DNA of 64,000 bases. Source: Planctomycetota bacterium (GTDB lineage Bacteria > Planctomycetota > SZUA-567 > H5-PLA8). Location: NCBI GenBank assembly GCA_045863855.1, contig BTVV01000018.1:1745-65744 (forward strand), in the 5' to 3' direction. Below are positions 26,967 to 36,504 of this stretch, in pieces. A model generated the notes under the pieces. The model was not told the origin of the DNA, made no database searches, and saw only the letters and a list, made by a program, of their open reading frames with translations. The first letter of the stretch is position 1, and each line of letters starts with the position of its first letter. The translations under genes and the position numbers were made by a program.

Positions 26967-28091
26967 TTAGTTCCGCGGCGGTGCGATCGACGCACCATAT
27001 TCGACGCGCAGCGGCAGTTCTTGCGCGGCCTGTGCCGTCCCGAGGCCAAGCTGCGCCCACAACGAATCCGCCGCCGCCCGGCCTACGCCTTCGGGCGAAG
27101 CCCACGCGCACGCCAGCGCCACCGGCAAGTCCAGGTCTTCAGCCGGACGGTTGATGCAGACCACCGAGACATCCGCCGGAATTTTGCGTCCGCGCGCGCG
27201 GAGATGCCGGCACGCCCCGGTCGCTTTCTTGTCGTTGTCGCAGAACAGCGCCGTCAGTTTGCCCGTACGGTCGAAGAGCCGCGCCGCCGCCAGTTCTCCG
27301 GCTTCGACGTGCGGCCCGACCTGCCATTCGATGAACTCGGGCGCTGCCAAGCCCGCCGCGCGCAGAGCCTCGAGCGCCCCTTCGGCTTTGGCCGTATCCC
27401 ACTGCAACGGATCGGGTTCCCGCGTGTCTCGAGAACCCAGGATCAAGCCGATGCGTTCGGGGCGATGACCGGCTTGCAGCAGGCGTTCTACGAGCGCCCG
27501 CGCCGCTGCTTTGTGATCGCGCAGCACCACTTGGTAGCCTTCCATCGGCAGCGGTACGTCCAGCACCACGTATGGCGCGCCGGCCAGCCTCAGCCGGTCG
27601 ATGTGGGTCCGGTTCCCCGCGAAAAACGGAAAGATCAGCGCTTCCCGCGCGCCTTGCGGATCGCGCAGCGAAGCGAGCACGCGATCCACCAGCGCCGCGC
27701 GGCCGGCTTGATCCAGTTCCTCGTGCGGTTCAAGCCGCGCGCCCAGTTCGCGCAGGCGCTCCAGCAGATCCTGAAACATCTTCAAGCCGCGTTGCGCCGC
27801 CGCTGGGATGCCCACCAGGTGAATGCAAACCGGACGCCCCGTCTTTACGCGCGTCTGTTCGCTCACACGGCTTCCCGAACCCACCAAGCGGGTGATAATT
27901 CCTTCGCGGACCAGCTCTTGCAGCGCGCGGCTAACGGTGGAGTAACTCAGATTGTGTTCCGCCATCAATTCCCGCTGTGTGGGAATACGACCGCCGGGCG
28001 GGTAGGTGCCACGAGCGATCTGCTCAAGGATTAACTCTTTTAAAAGTAAGTACTTAGGCTGAACTTCGAGGTTGGATTCCGTCATTCCCAA
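26967..28091 (-). CDS. GntR-family HTH transcriptional regulator fused to a periplasmic-binding-protein-like (LacI-type sugar-binding) domain
   Basis: N-terminal wHTH (LMAEHNLSYSTVSRALQELVREGIITRLVGSGSRV). C-terminal PBP type-1 like domain. Confidence 0.7.
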   Translation of the reverse strand: MGMTESNLEVQPKYLLLKELILEQIARGTYPPGGRIPTQRELMAEHNLSYSTVSRALQELVREGIITRLVGSGSRVSEQTRVKTGRPVCIHLVGIPAAAQRGLKMFQDLLERLRELGARLEPHEELDQAGRAALVDRVLASLRDPQGAREALIFPFFAGNRTHIDRLRLAGAPYVVLDVPLPMEGYQVVLRDHKAAARALVERLLQAGHRPERIGLILGSRDTREPDPLQWDTAKAEGALEALRAAGLAAPEFIEWQVGPHVEAGELAAARLFDRTGKLTALFCDNDKKATGACRHLRARGRKIPADVSVVCINRPAEDLDLPVALACAWASPEGVGRAAADSLWAQLGLGTAQAAQELPLRVEYGASIAPPRN

Positions 28092-28127
28092 GCTCCCTAT
28101 TCGAACCCTATTTTTAACCTATCTAAT

Positions 28128-28139
28128 TGAATCGATTCA
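28128..28139. promoter_or_regulatory. perfect 12-bp palindrome TGAATCGATTCA in the AT-rich leader of the GntR-family regulator gene; candidate operator
   Basis: Seen directly at 28128-28139, 37 bp upstream of the regulator start codon (28091). GntR-family operators are typically short palindromes. Confidence 0.35.
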
Positions 28140-28238
28140 CAAGTCAGTATCTGATACACCGGCGGGAGGAGCAAGACAGAAACTTTTCAAAACCTAAGCC
28201 GCCCAGACGCGTGCTCGCGGCAGGCATGCCGACTCGGT

Positions 28239-28709
28239 ATGGTTAGAAGACTTCAACGCAAACAGGTGCCCCGGATGGATTACGACCTCGAACGCCGCTA
28301 CTTCCTCGAACGGCTCATGGACTACGTCGATGGGCTCGAAGAGGAGACGGGCGATCTGCATCTTGGCGACGAGAACCGGATTCTTTTTCGCGTCAACGGG
28401 CGGCCGTTCGAAGCACTGGCTTGGATCAACGCCGATTCCGACATGATCTGCATGACGACGCGCACTGCCGACCTGCCCATCGAGAACTTCGACGAAGCGG
28501 TGAAGTTCCTGAAGGCGACGCTCGACTGCTGCTGGGATTACTGCGTCGCCGTCAGCGCGGTGGATTCGCGCTTCGATCTGTCCATGGCGCTGTTTACCGG
28601 CGGGCTGACCTTCGAAGCCTTCGAAGCGACCGTCTACAACCTGCAGGCGTGCGCAGAAGCGATCGAACAGAGCTTTCAGGACCGCCAGCAGCCGGAAGCG
28701 AAGAAGTAA
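28239..28709 (+). CDS. hypothetical acidic protein (possibly YbjN/T3SS-chaperone-like fold)
   Basis: 156-aa ORF with coherent composition, divergent from the GntR gene. No diagnostic motif. Confidence 0.35.
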   Translation: MVRRLQRKQVPRMDYDLERRYFLERLMDYVDGLEEETGDLHLGDENRILFRVNGRPFEALAWINADSDMICMTTRTADLPIENFDEAVKFLKATLDCCWDYCVAVSAVDSRFDLSMALFTGGLTFEAFEATVYNLQACAEAIEQSFQDRQQPEAKK

Positions 28710-28722
28710 TTCCGGAACTCCT

Positions 28723-29925
28723 CTAAACCAGTTCGCTCAGGATCGCGTCGGCCACCGGAAGTCCGGCGGCGCTGATCCGCAGACGGCCTTCGGCCGTATG
28801 CTCCAGCAGACCCAGCGCGGAGAACTTGGTAATGGCCGCGCCGCAGTGCGCTTCGAGGTCGAAATTCCAGCGCGCGGCGAAGGCGGCGGGATCGATCCCT
28901 TCGCGCAGGCGCAGGGCCAGTACGAGCGCCTCCCGGGCGCGCGCTTCTTGCCCCAGCCGTTCGCGTTCCGCCACGGGATCTCCGCCCGTTTCGATCGCTT
29001 CCAGATACCCGCTCACGTCGCGGCGGTTGTTGCGGCGCTCGCCGCCCACGTACTCGGCTCCAGAAACACCCAGCGCGAGGTACGCCTCGCCGCGCCAGTA
29101 GATGGAATTGTGCCGAGCTTCGCGGCCGGGGCGCGCGTAGTTGCTGATCTCGTACATGCACAGGCCAGCGGTTTCGCACGACTCCATCACCAGCCGGTAG
29201 TGCGCGGCTTCGTCCTCGGGACTGGGCCGCGGAAACTGCCCGCGTTCCATGGCCACGGTCAAAGGGGTGCCGTCCTCGTAAATCAGTCCGTAGGCGCTCA
29301 CGTGTTCGGGCTCCAAGGCCAGCGCGGCCTCGAGATCGCGGCGCAGGTCATCGAGCGACTGCGTAGGCAGACCGTGCATCAGATCCACGGTCAGGTTATC
29401 GAAACCCGCCGCGCGGGCGCGCCGCACGGCTTCGGCGCCGTCGCGCGCGCCGTGCACACGCCCCAGCAGTTGAAGCAGATGCGGCTGGAACGATTGAATT
29501 CCGAAGCTGACGCGATTCACGCCGCGCGCGCGCAGCAACTCGAGCTTCCCCGTATCGGCGCTGCCCGGATTGCATTCGGCGGTGAACTCCTCCACGCGCG
29601 AGCAGTCCACATGGCGGCCGATCAGATCGAAGAGCGCGCCGAGTTGATCGGGATCGAGTGCGCTGGGCGTCCCGCCGCCGAGGTAGATCGTGCGCGGCGC
29701 ATAGGGTGCTCCGTCCGGATGCAGCAAGCGGAGCTTGGCGATGAGTTCGCGTTCCAATGCGCGTAGATAGCGGTCGGGGCGGTCGGGACCGTATAACTCG
29801 CGTGCGAAGTCGCAGTAGGTACACAGCGCCGCGCAGAACGGAAGGTGGATGTACAACCCTTCCGGGTATTCGCGCGGATCGCGCGCCGCCCGCGATGGCG
29901 GGCTCATAGGGACGGAAACGCTCAT
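28723..29925 (-). CDS. hemW: radical SAM heme chaperone HemW / oxygen-independent coproporphyrinogen-III oxidase-like protein
   Basis: CxxxCxxC radical-SAM motif in YIHLPFCAALCTYCDF. HemN/HemW family length and C-terminal HemN_C-like region. Confidence 0.8.
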   Translation of the reverse strand: MSVSVPMSPPSRAARDPREYPEGLYIHLPFCAALCTYCDFARELYGPDRPDRYLRALERELIAKLRLLHPDGAPYAPRTIYLGGGTPSALDPDQLGALFDLIGRHVDCSRVEEFTAECNPGSADTGKLELLRARGVNRVSFGIQSFQPHLLQLLGRVHGARDGAEAVRRARAAGFDNLTVDLMHGLPTQSLDDLRRDLEAALALEPEHVSAYGLIYEDGTPLTVAMERGQFPRPSPEDEAAHYRLVMESCETAGLCMYEISNYARPGREARHNSIYWRGEAYLALGVSGAEYVGGERRNNRRDVSGYLEAIETGGDPVAERERLGQEARAREALVLALRLREGIDPAAFAARWNFDLEAHCGAAITKFSALGLLEHTAEGRLRISAAGLPVADAILSELV

Positions 29926-30121
29926 TCCGTCATGCTACTCGAACTCGCCGAGCCGGCAGAGCGCAGACCCGCGCGGAAAGCTACAGACATTCCAGGATTG
30001 GGAAAAACGCTTGAGTCGCTTATGCTGAATAAACGGTAAGGCGCAGGCGTCCGATGGGATCGCGGGGCAACGCGAAACTCCTGTTCGGGCCAACGAAGTC
30101 TGGCCGTGTTTGTTCACGGTT

Positions 30122-30197
30122 GGGCCCGTAGCTCAGCGGTGAGAGCGAGGGACTCATAATCCCCAGGTCGCTGGTTCGAATCCAGCCGGGCCTACCA
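30122..30197 (+). tRNA. tRNA with CAU anticodon (tRNA-Met; elongator type, or tRNA-Ile2 if lysidinylated), CCA encoded
   Basis: Cloverleaf folded by hand. Acceptor GGGCCCG/CGGGCCU (G1:U72), D-arm GCTC-AGCGGTGA-GAGC, anticodon arm AGGGA-CTCATAA-TCCCC, T-arm GCTGG-TTCGAAT-CCAGC, discriminator A, CCA. Lacks the initiator C1:A72 mismatch. Confidence 0.85.
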
Positions 30198-30203
30198 ATT
30201 GCC

Positions 30204-33200
30204 ATGGCCACTCCAACACCGCCCTCCCCCGAACCGCTGCCGGAGACCCTGGGACCCCACGATCCCGTGCCGCCGCGGCCGGCTTCGTCGGGCAGCACCA
30301 TGCCGACGGTGCTTTCCGGAAGTATCGCGGGCAAGCGCGGGCGCTCTATAGCCATCGAAAACCTGCTCGAAGACCGGCTCCTGAGCGGCGCCTCGCGGCT
30401 GAATGTGAACGGACGCTCTACGCCGGCGCTGGCGGGCATACCGCTCCTGCGCAAGCTGGGCCAAGGCGGCATGGGCGCGGTTTACCTGGGGCTGCACCCG
30501 CGCCTGGAGCGCGAGGTCGCGGTCAAGGTGCTGCCGCTGCATCTGATGGAAAGCAACCCTCAGCTCGTCACGCGCTTTCTGCGCGAGGCGCGCATCGCGG
30601 CGAAGATCCAGTCCCCGCACTTGGTCAACGTCTACGACGTGCACGAAGAAGGCGGGCTCTTCTTCATCGTCATGGAGTTCGTCGACGGGCAGTCGGCGGG
30701 GCAGTACCTGCGCGAGGTCCGCAAGCGCACCAGCGCCGGGCTGCCGGAAGCCGATGCGCTGGCGATCTGCGCGGGCGCGACGGCGGGCTTGGCCGCGGCG
30801 CACGCCGAAGGCGTGATCCACCGCGACGTGAAGCCCGAGAATATCCTGCTGCCGGTGGACGCCGCGGGCGCGCTGCGCCTGGGTGACGCGAAGCTGGCCG
30901 ACTTGGGCCTGGCGCGGAGCGAAGATTCCGACCAGGGCCTGACCGGCACGCAGATGGTGATGGGCACGCTGGGCTACCTGGCCCCCGAACAGGCCATGGA
31001 TGCCAAGAGCGTCGGGCCCGCGGCGGATGTCTTCAGCCTCGGCGCGACGCTTTACGCGCTGCTGACCGGCACGCCGCCGTTCGAACGCCAGAGCGCCGCG
31101 AAGGCGCTGATGGACACGTTGCAGCAGCCGCACGTGCCACTGACCGAACTGCGTCCCGATGTTTCGCCGGCCGTCGTCACGCTGGTTGACCGTTGTCTGG
31201 CCAAGGATCCGGCCGCGCGCTTCCCCGATGCGGCGGGGTTGCTGGAATACCTGCAACGCATTCGCGCCGGAAACGCCATACCGCTTTCAACGCCCGGCCT
31301 GCCGCGCGTGCAAGCCGCGGCGCCGGTTTCACCTTGGCGCAAGCGCGGGATCGTCGCCGCGGCGGTGCTTTTGGGCCTGCTGGTTCTGGGCATGTTGGCG
31401 AATCGGGGTAAGCGCAACCCTGGCGGTGCACCGCCGCTGGAAGTGCGCGACCCGTTCGCGGCGGCTCTGGCCGACGGCCGCAAGGCGCTGGAAGACCAAA
31501 AGTGGAGTGCGGCGGAAGCGGCGTTCAAGCGCGCGGCGGAACTGAAAACCGATTCGCCCGAAACCGCAGACGGCTTGGCCGCGGCGCGGGCAGGACTGGC
31601 CGCCGACGACCTGTTCAAGCAAGCGCGTGCGGCGCTGGCGGTGCAACGCTACCAGGAAGCCGAAGGCTGCCTTGAGGCGCTCGAAGAACTGCGGCGCGAA
31701 GGCAAGCTCGTGCTGGATCGCCTGCCCGCGCTGCGTTCGACGCTGGACTCTTTGCGCAACGAGACGGGCTTGAAGGCTTGGGCCGCGTCCACGGCCGGGA
31801 TGGCCACGATCGACGGCGTCTATGCGCTGGACGATGTCCGCGAAGGGCGCGCGCGCTGGGCCATGGGCCTGCAGCGGCGCGCGGGGCAGCCGGATTCCGA
31901 GACGCGTGCGCTGGCCGCCAAGCTCCCCGAACTTTTCCGCACCGAACTGCCGCCCGGCGCGCATGCGATCGCGGAGATCCCGAATTTCGCACGGACCGAT
32001 CGGGCGCTGCTGCAACTAAGCGCGCCGTCGGTGCTGCAGGCGTTCCCCGGCGCGCCCCAAGGGGCGGGCGTGCATGCGCTGGATTGGTCGAAGCCGGTTG
32101 TCGGCGTCGTGCAGGTGCCGGGCATGTGGAAGGTCGAAGACCGTACGGCCTGGAAGTTCGGGCTGCGCTTCGAAGCCGCGCCCGGGCGCGAGGAACAACT
32201 GCGCGGCTTCCTGAACCTGCTCTACTTCTTCGCGCAGTTCCAACCCAACGCGGTGAAGCCCGATACCGAAGGCGCGCGCTGGACAGTGACGAACCACGAG
32301 GACTGGCGCAAGCTGCTCCCCGCCTTGCCCCGTGACGATGCGCCCGCTCGATTGCGCCGCGCGCAGGCCGACGTGAGCCTCTACGCGCGTGTTCAGGAAT
32401 TGATGCGCGACAATTTCGCCGTCGTGCGCGCCATGCAGAACGACATGCCAGCGCACGAACGCGAAGCCTGGGCCTTTTTCGACCGCCTGGGTTCGGAACT
32501 GGCCGGGCTGGCGCTCAAAGCGCAGGTGCAAGCCGACGCCGTCTGGCTGCGCGGGCGCCTCTTCGCGCAGACCGGCAGCGCACTGGAAACGAACCTGCGC
32601 GCGGACAGCGGGATCCGCCGCTTGGACCGGCTCAAGGCGCTTCCGGCCGGCGCCGCGGTGGTGGTCACGGCCGGCCCGCACGAGCACACCTTCCGGGCGG
32701 CCATCGATACGTTCCTGGCCCACTGGCCGCTGCACGATCTGCCCGAAAGCTCCGAGCCGCGCGCCGACCGCGCGCGCAAGGGGCTGGTGGAACTCGCCCG
32801 GCGCGGCCTTGCCGCGTGCGATTCGCAGGCCGTCGGAGCGCTGGTGCCCAGCCCGCGCGCCAAGTACGACCATATCCTCATCGCCGCCGACGTGCCCGCG
32901 CCGCCGCCTAACCTCGAACGCCTTGCCGACGAACTCTCCGGATTCCTGAACCACCTTTTCATCTTTGGCGCTCTGATCGACAAGCAGGACCCGGCGAACG
33001 TTCCGGAGGCCATCGTCTTCGAGAAACTGCCAGGCGTGCAGCACGGGTCGACCCCGATCGCCGGCCGGCAGGTGCGGGAGCAACTGGAATTCCGCGTGGC
33101 CTGCGCGGGCGGCCGAGTCCTGATCGCCGTGGCGCCCAAGGGCAATGCGCTGGAGGCGCTGCAAGCGGCGCTGGATCGCGTGCAAGGGACCCAGGACGAA

Positions 33201-33416
33201 TCGCTCGCCGGGGAAGCCTGGTTCAAGGCGCAGTGGTCGCACTTGCCGCAGGCCGCGGCGTTGCAAGTCTTCTTGCGCCCCAAGCCCGGCCAGTCCGACG
33301 AAGCGCTCGGCTTTTACCTGCGCAGCCTCGATGGCTGCTGGGACGCCGGCCTGCGCGCGCCGGGCGTGATCTTGAAGCTGCTTCAAGCGGGACGAGAGAA
33401 CGACGGTAAACCGTAA
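30204..33416 (+). CDS. Ser/Thr protein kinase (Hanks-type) with TM segment and large C-terminal extracytoplasmic region
   Basis: GQGGMGAVYLG (Gly loop), AVKVL, HRDVKPENILL catalytic loop, DLGLA (DFG variant), APE. TM IVAAAVLLGLLVLGMLA. ~650-aa C-terminal region of unknown fold. The true start may be the internal Met at 30300. Confidence 0.8.
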   Translation: MATPTPPSPEPLPETLGPHDPVPPRPASSGSTMPTVLSGSIAGKRGRSIAIENLLEDRLLSGASRLNVNGRSTPALAGIPLLRKLGQGGMGAVYLGLHPRLEREVAVKVLPLHLMESNPQLVTRFLREARIAAKIQSPHLVNVYDVHEEGGLFFIVMEFVDGQSAGQYLREVRKRTSAGLPEADALAICAGATAGLAAAHAEGVIHRDVKPENILLPVDAAGALRLGDAKLADLGLARSEDSDQGLTGTQMVMGTLGYLAPEQAMDAKSVGPAADVFSLGATLYALLTGTPPFERQSAAKALMDTLQQPHVPLTELRPDVSPAVVTLVDRCLAKDPAARFPDAAGLLEYLQRIRAGNAIPLSTPGLPRVQAAAPVSPWRKRGIVAAAVLLGLLVLGMLANRGKRNPGGAPPLEVRDPFAAALADGRKALEDQKWSAAEAAFKRAAELKTDSPETADGLAAARAGLAADDLFKQARAALAVQRYQEAEGCLEALEELRREGKLVLDRLPALRSTLDSLRNETGLKAWAASTAGMATIDGVYALDDVREGRARWAMGLQRRAGQPDSETRALAAKLPELFRTELPPGAHAIAEIPNFARTDRALLQLSAPSVLQAFPGAPQGAGVHALDWSKPVVGVVQVPGMWKVEDRTAWKFGLRFEAAPGREEQLRGFLNLLYFFAQFQPNAVKPDTEGARWTVTNHEDWRKLLPALPRDDAPARLRRAQADVSLYARVQELMRDNFAVVRAMQNDMPAHEREAWAFFDRLGSELAGLALKAQVQADAVWLRGRLFAQTGSALETNLRADSGIRRLDRLKALPAGAAVVVTAGPHEHTFRAAIDTFLAHWPLHDLPESSEPRADRARKGLVELARRGLAACDSQAVGALVPSPRAKYDHILIAADVPAPPPNLERLADELSGFLNHLFIFGALIDKQDPANVPEAIVFEKLPGVQHGSTPIAGRQVREQLEFRVACAGGRVLIAVAPKGNALEALQAALDRVQGTQDESLAGEAWFKAQWSHLPQAAALQVFLRPKPGQSDEALGFYLRSLDGCWDAGLRAPGVILKLLQAGRENDGKP

Positions 33417-33542
33417 ACGGTGAGCGGTAACCGGTGACGGCCCACGGCGCGGTGATAGCGCGTGCCTTCCTTTTTACGCACTCCTGACGGGCTTCGCGGC
33501 GCGCAAGTGGTAGGTCTGGTCTCCGAATAAGGAGACTGACCG

Positions 33543-34550
33543 ATGGACGGGATGCCCTCTCACTCGAACGCTTCGCCCCGACCCGCGCGCACACGGTTTC
33601 GCTTCACACTGGCCGACCTGCTGCTTTTCGCCGGGTTGTGCGGATTGGCCTTGGCCCTGGTGGAACCACTGATCGCGCAGGGCTTTGGGACGCCACCCCA
33701 AGATCGCTCGAACGCGGTGGCCTTGGTCCTGATCCTCACCGCCGCCGGGGCATTCATCGGCGTCTGGCGCTCGCGCATGAAATTGGAGAAGGCCGAGTCG
33801 AGCGTGGTGGAAGTCGTCGCCTACGTGGCGATCGCTTGGGCTTGGAGTTTCGCGTTGTACCGCTGGAACTGGATCGACGGTTTCTATGCAACTTTGGTGG
33901 CTATACCGGGCTTCGCACTCGCTTGGTGGGTAAGTGCGAAATTGGAGCTTCGGGGCGAATGGCATGTAGTAGCAATACTTACCTGTCAAATTTTTCTCCT
34001 TCCGGTGGCCAATTTTATTGCTCACCCTGCCTACCGAGTTTGGACGCGGCATCGAGTGAGTGGCTGGCAAGAATACGCTGTTATTGATGCGTGCAAGACC
34101 TACGCCGAGGCTCAGGATATTTATCGTCGCGTGGACTACGACGAGGACGGCGTACGGGAGTACGCGCTTGCAGGCATCGGCGACTACTCGCTCTACGAAG
34201 TTCATCGCGGTCAAGGCGATCTGACCCTCATTGACGCGGCCATGGCCCAAGCGTTTGCGGGTGTGCAACCCAAAGCGGGGTACTTCTATAAGATCCTAAC
34301 CGCGCAAGGACCTGCGGCGTACAACGGAGCACTCAACTACCTTGAAGAAAGCGAAGATGGCCAAGAGAACTTGGTGAATGGATACGCCATGGTGGCGTGG
34401 CCCGCGACCTATTGCGTATCGGGGAAAGATACCTTCATAGTCAGCCACCACGGCACGGTCTACCAAAAAGACCTGGGCCCCAACACCGCCAACCTCGTCG
34501 CCGCCATGTCGGAGTTCAACCCTGACAGCACGTGGGTGGTCAGCGAGTAG
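33543..34550 (+). CDS. multi-TM membrane protein with DUF2950-like C-terminal domain
   Basis: N-terminal hydrophobic helices. C-terminal GYAMVAWPATYCVSGKDTFIVSHHGTVYQKDLGPNT resembles DUF2950. The 3' two-thirds lies in a lower-GC stretch. Confidence 0.4.
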   Translation: MDGMPSHSNASPRPARTRFRFTLADLLLFAGLCGLALALVEPLIAQGFGTPPQDRSNAVALVLILTAAGAFIGVWRSRMKLEKAESSVVEVVAYVAIAWAWSFALYRWNWIDGFYATLVAIPGFALAWWVSAKLELRGEWHVVAILTCQIFLLPVANFIAHPAYRVWTRHRVSGWQEYAVIDACKTYAEAQDIYRRVDYDEDGVREYALAGIGDYSLYEVHRGQGDLTLIDAAMAQAFAGVQPKAGYFYKILTAQGPAAYNGALNYLEESEDGQENLVNGYAMVAWPATYCVSGKDTFIVSHHGTVYQKDLGPNTANLVAAMSEFNPDSTWVVSE

Positions 34551-34606
34551 ACTCCAGCTTGCAAGATTCAGGTTTCCCGCAGGTGCCGATCCGCTAATCT
34601 GATCGC

Positions 34607-35236
34607 ATGGCGAACGAACAGGATTCTCGTCTCTGCCACACATGCATAGCGCCTGTGCCGCACCGGCGCTACATCGAAGCCACCTATTGGTTGTGCCCAG
34701 CCTGCCATGAAATCTTCCTCTGGGGCCGTGGTCGTCTAACGGAGTACTTGGGAGTTGAGCCCTTAAGCATGACTCCGCGCACGAAGTTCGACGATGAATA
34801 CGGAATAGGTTCTGTGGATCTGGTGGAAATCCTGCTTGAAGTCGATGAGCGTTATGGAGTGTGGATACCCTGTGACTTGGGCATTCCGGGCCGTACGGTT
34901 GGAGACGCCATCGCCTACATCCGCAATCAGCAAGTTAAGCGAAACGACCTTTATTGCGTATTGGTGGATGATAACAGCCGCAACCGCGACGAGGCAACTC
35001 GCTACGAGCACGGACGATTCGCGGACCGTAACACGGCTCTTACCATCGCTCGAACTATTGTAGACCACTCTCTTGCTCGGCTCCAGCAGACCGGTATGAC
35101 CCCAAACGCTTGGTTAAAAGCCTATCGTCAATTCGGGCTAAGCCCATTCATCGTATGTAATGAAGTTGGACCCATTTTTTCCTCGGAGAACTATGCCGAG
35201 AAGGCCGTTCATACGCACGGAACCGGACACAACTGA
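34607..35236 (+). CDS. hypothetical protein: N-terminal zinc ribbon + acyl-carrier-protein-like segment + C-terminal domain
   Basis: CHTC...(20 aa)...CPAC. YGIGSVDLVEILLEVDERYGVWIP resembles the phosphopantetheine-attachment (DS-L-xVEL) motif of ACPs. Lower GC than the surroundings. Confidence 0.4.
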   Translation: MANEQDSRLCHTCIAPVPHRRYIEATYWLCPACHEIFLWGRGRLTEYLGVEPLSMTPRTKFDDEYGIGSVDLVEILLEVDERYGVWIPCDLGIPGRTVGDAIAYIRNQQVKRNDLYCVLVDDNSRNRDEATRYEHGRFADRNTALTIARTIVDHSLARLQQTGMTPNAWLKAYRQFGLSPFIVCNEVGPIFSSENYAEKAVHTHGTGHN

Positions 35237-35333
35237 AAGCATCCCCTTCTCCCCGCCCTGCCTTTTCAATCCCCGCCGCCCGTGATACGGTGGACGCGCA
35301 ACCTAAGGCGCTCCCTTCCGGCTGGAGGAATTC

Positions 35334-36101
35334 ATGAAGATCGCCGTCTGCCTCAAGCAAGCCCCGTCGACGACCGCACGCATTCAGCCCGCCGCGGACG
35401 GCAAGAGCATCAATCTCGCCGGCGTGGAAGTGGAATTGAGTCCCTACGACGAATACGCGCTCGAAGCCGCGCTGCAGGCGAAGGACAAAGCCGGCGGCGA
35501 GGTGGTGGCGTTGAGCGTCGGGGCGGCCGGAGCGGGCGCGGTCCTGACCCACGCTTTCGCGGTGGGCGCCGACGACGCGCTGCTGGTCCAGGCCGAAGGG
35601 CTCGACGCGGCCGCCGCCGCGCGCTGTGCCGCCGCCGCGTTCAAGTCGATCCAGCCGGGACTCGTCTTCTGCGGGCGGCAGGCCATCGACGACGACCAGT
35701 GGGAATTTCCGGCGGTCCTGGCCGAAAGCCTGGGCTGGCCGCACGTCTCCGCCGTCTGCGCGCTGGAACTCTCCTCCGATAAAGCCGCCTGCCGGCGGCG
35801 CGTGGAAGGCGGCGAGGAAGTCCTCGAAGTCGCGCTGCCCGCCGTGATCAGTTGCGACAAGGGGCTCAACGAACCTCGCAGCCCCACCCTTAAAGGAAGG
35901 CTGAACGCGAAGAAGAAACAGATCGCGGCAAAGTCGCCGGCCGATCTGGGCCTCGGCGCCGAAGCGCTAAAGCCGGCGCTGGAAGTCGTGAGCTACGCGC
36001 CGCCGCCCGAAAAGAGCCCCGGCAAAATCGTCACCGCGCCGGCCCCCGAAGCCGCGGCGGCGCTCGTCCAGTGGCTGCGCGACGAAGCCAAGGTGCTCTG
36101 A
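35334..36101 (+). CDS. etfB: electron transfer flavoprotein beta subunit
   Basis: MKIAVCLKQAPST N-terminus and overall ETF-beta pattern (VDDALLV, CGRQAIDDD). Confidence 0.85.
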   Translation: MKIAVCLKQAPSTTARIQPAADGKSINLAGVEVELSPYDEYALEAALQAKDKAGGEVVALSVGAAGAGAVLTHAFAVGADDALLVQAEGLDAAAAARCAAAAFKSIQPGLVFCGRQAIDDDQWEFPAVLAESLGWPHVSAVCALELSSDKAACRRRVEGGEEVLEVALPAVISCDKGLNEPRSPTLKGRLNAKKKQIAAKSPADLGLGAEALKPALEVVSYAPPPEKSPGKIVTAPAPEAAAALVQWLRDEAKVL

Positions 36102-36123
36102 GCCGCCGCGCCAGGAGATTCGC

Positions 36124-36459
36124 ATGCACGCCGAATACGTGATGCGCTGCGAGCGCTGCGGATACGAAGCCGCCGACCGCGTGCTGCACACCAGCGCCTT
36201 CAAGCGCTACGAGATCATGACCTGCACCGACTGCGAAGAAGTAGTCCAGGTTCTGATCACGGAGCTTCCTTATAAGGTGATCAAGACGCTGCCCAACGGG
36301 ATCCAGCACGTGGTCGTGCAGGCCGACCAGTTGATCGACCACGATCCCGAGTGCCCGCATTGCCACGGGCCGCGCGTGGAACCCTGGGAAGATCCGAAGT
36401 GCTGCCCCAAGTGCCGGCAGCATATGGTCAAACGGGAACTCGACAGCCAGTGGAACTAA
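36124..36459 (+). CDS. small double zinc-ribbon protein (4 CxxC) encoded between etfB and etfA
   Basis: CERCGYE, CTDCEEV, CPHCHGP, CCPKCRQ. Tightly spaced with the flanking etf genes (gaps 22 and 45 nt). Confidence 0.5.
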   Translation: MHAEYVMRCERCGYEAADRVLHTSAFKRYEIMTCTDCEEVVQVLITELPYKVIKTLPNGIQHVVVQADQLIDHDPECPHCHGPRVEPWEDPKCCPKCRQHMVKRELDSQWN

Positions 36460-36504
36460 GCGGCCGCCAGCGCCGCGATCGCCATCGAAGGAGAGCCTCA
36501 GATC

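Noticed and set aside
30122-30197. Considered calling the tRNA initiator tRNA-fMet
   Set aside because: 1:72 is a G:U pair rather than the C:A mismatch. The three consecutive G:C pairs are at 28-30/40-42 rather than 29-31/39-41. More consistent with elongator Met, or Ile2 (CAU read as lysidine).
33543-33640. Possible prepilin-type N-terminus (RFRFTLADLLLFAGL)
   Set aside because: No Gly at -1 and Asp instead of Glu at +5, so the prepilin peptidase cleavage motif is not satisfied. Treated as an ordinary TM helix.
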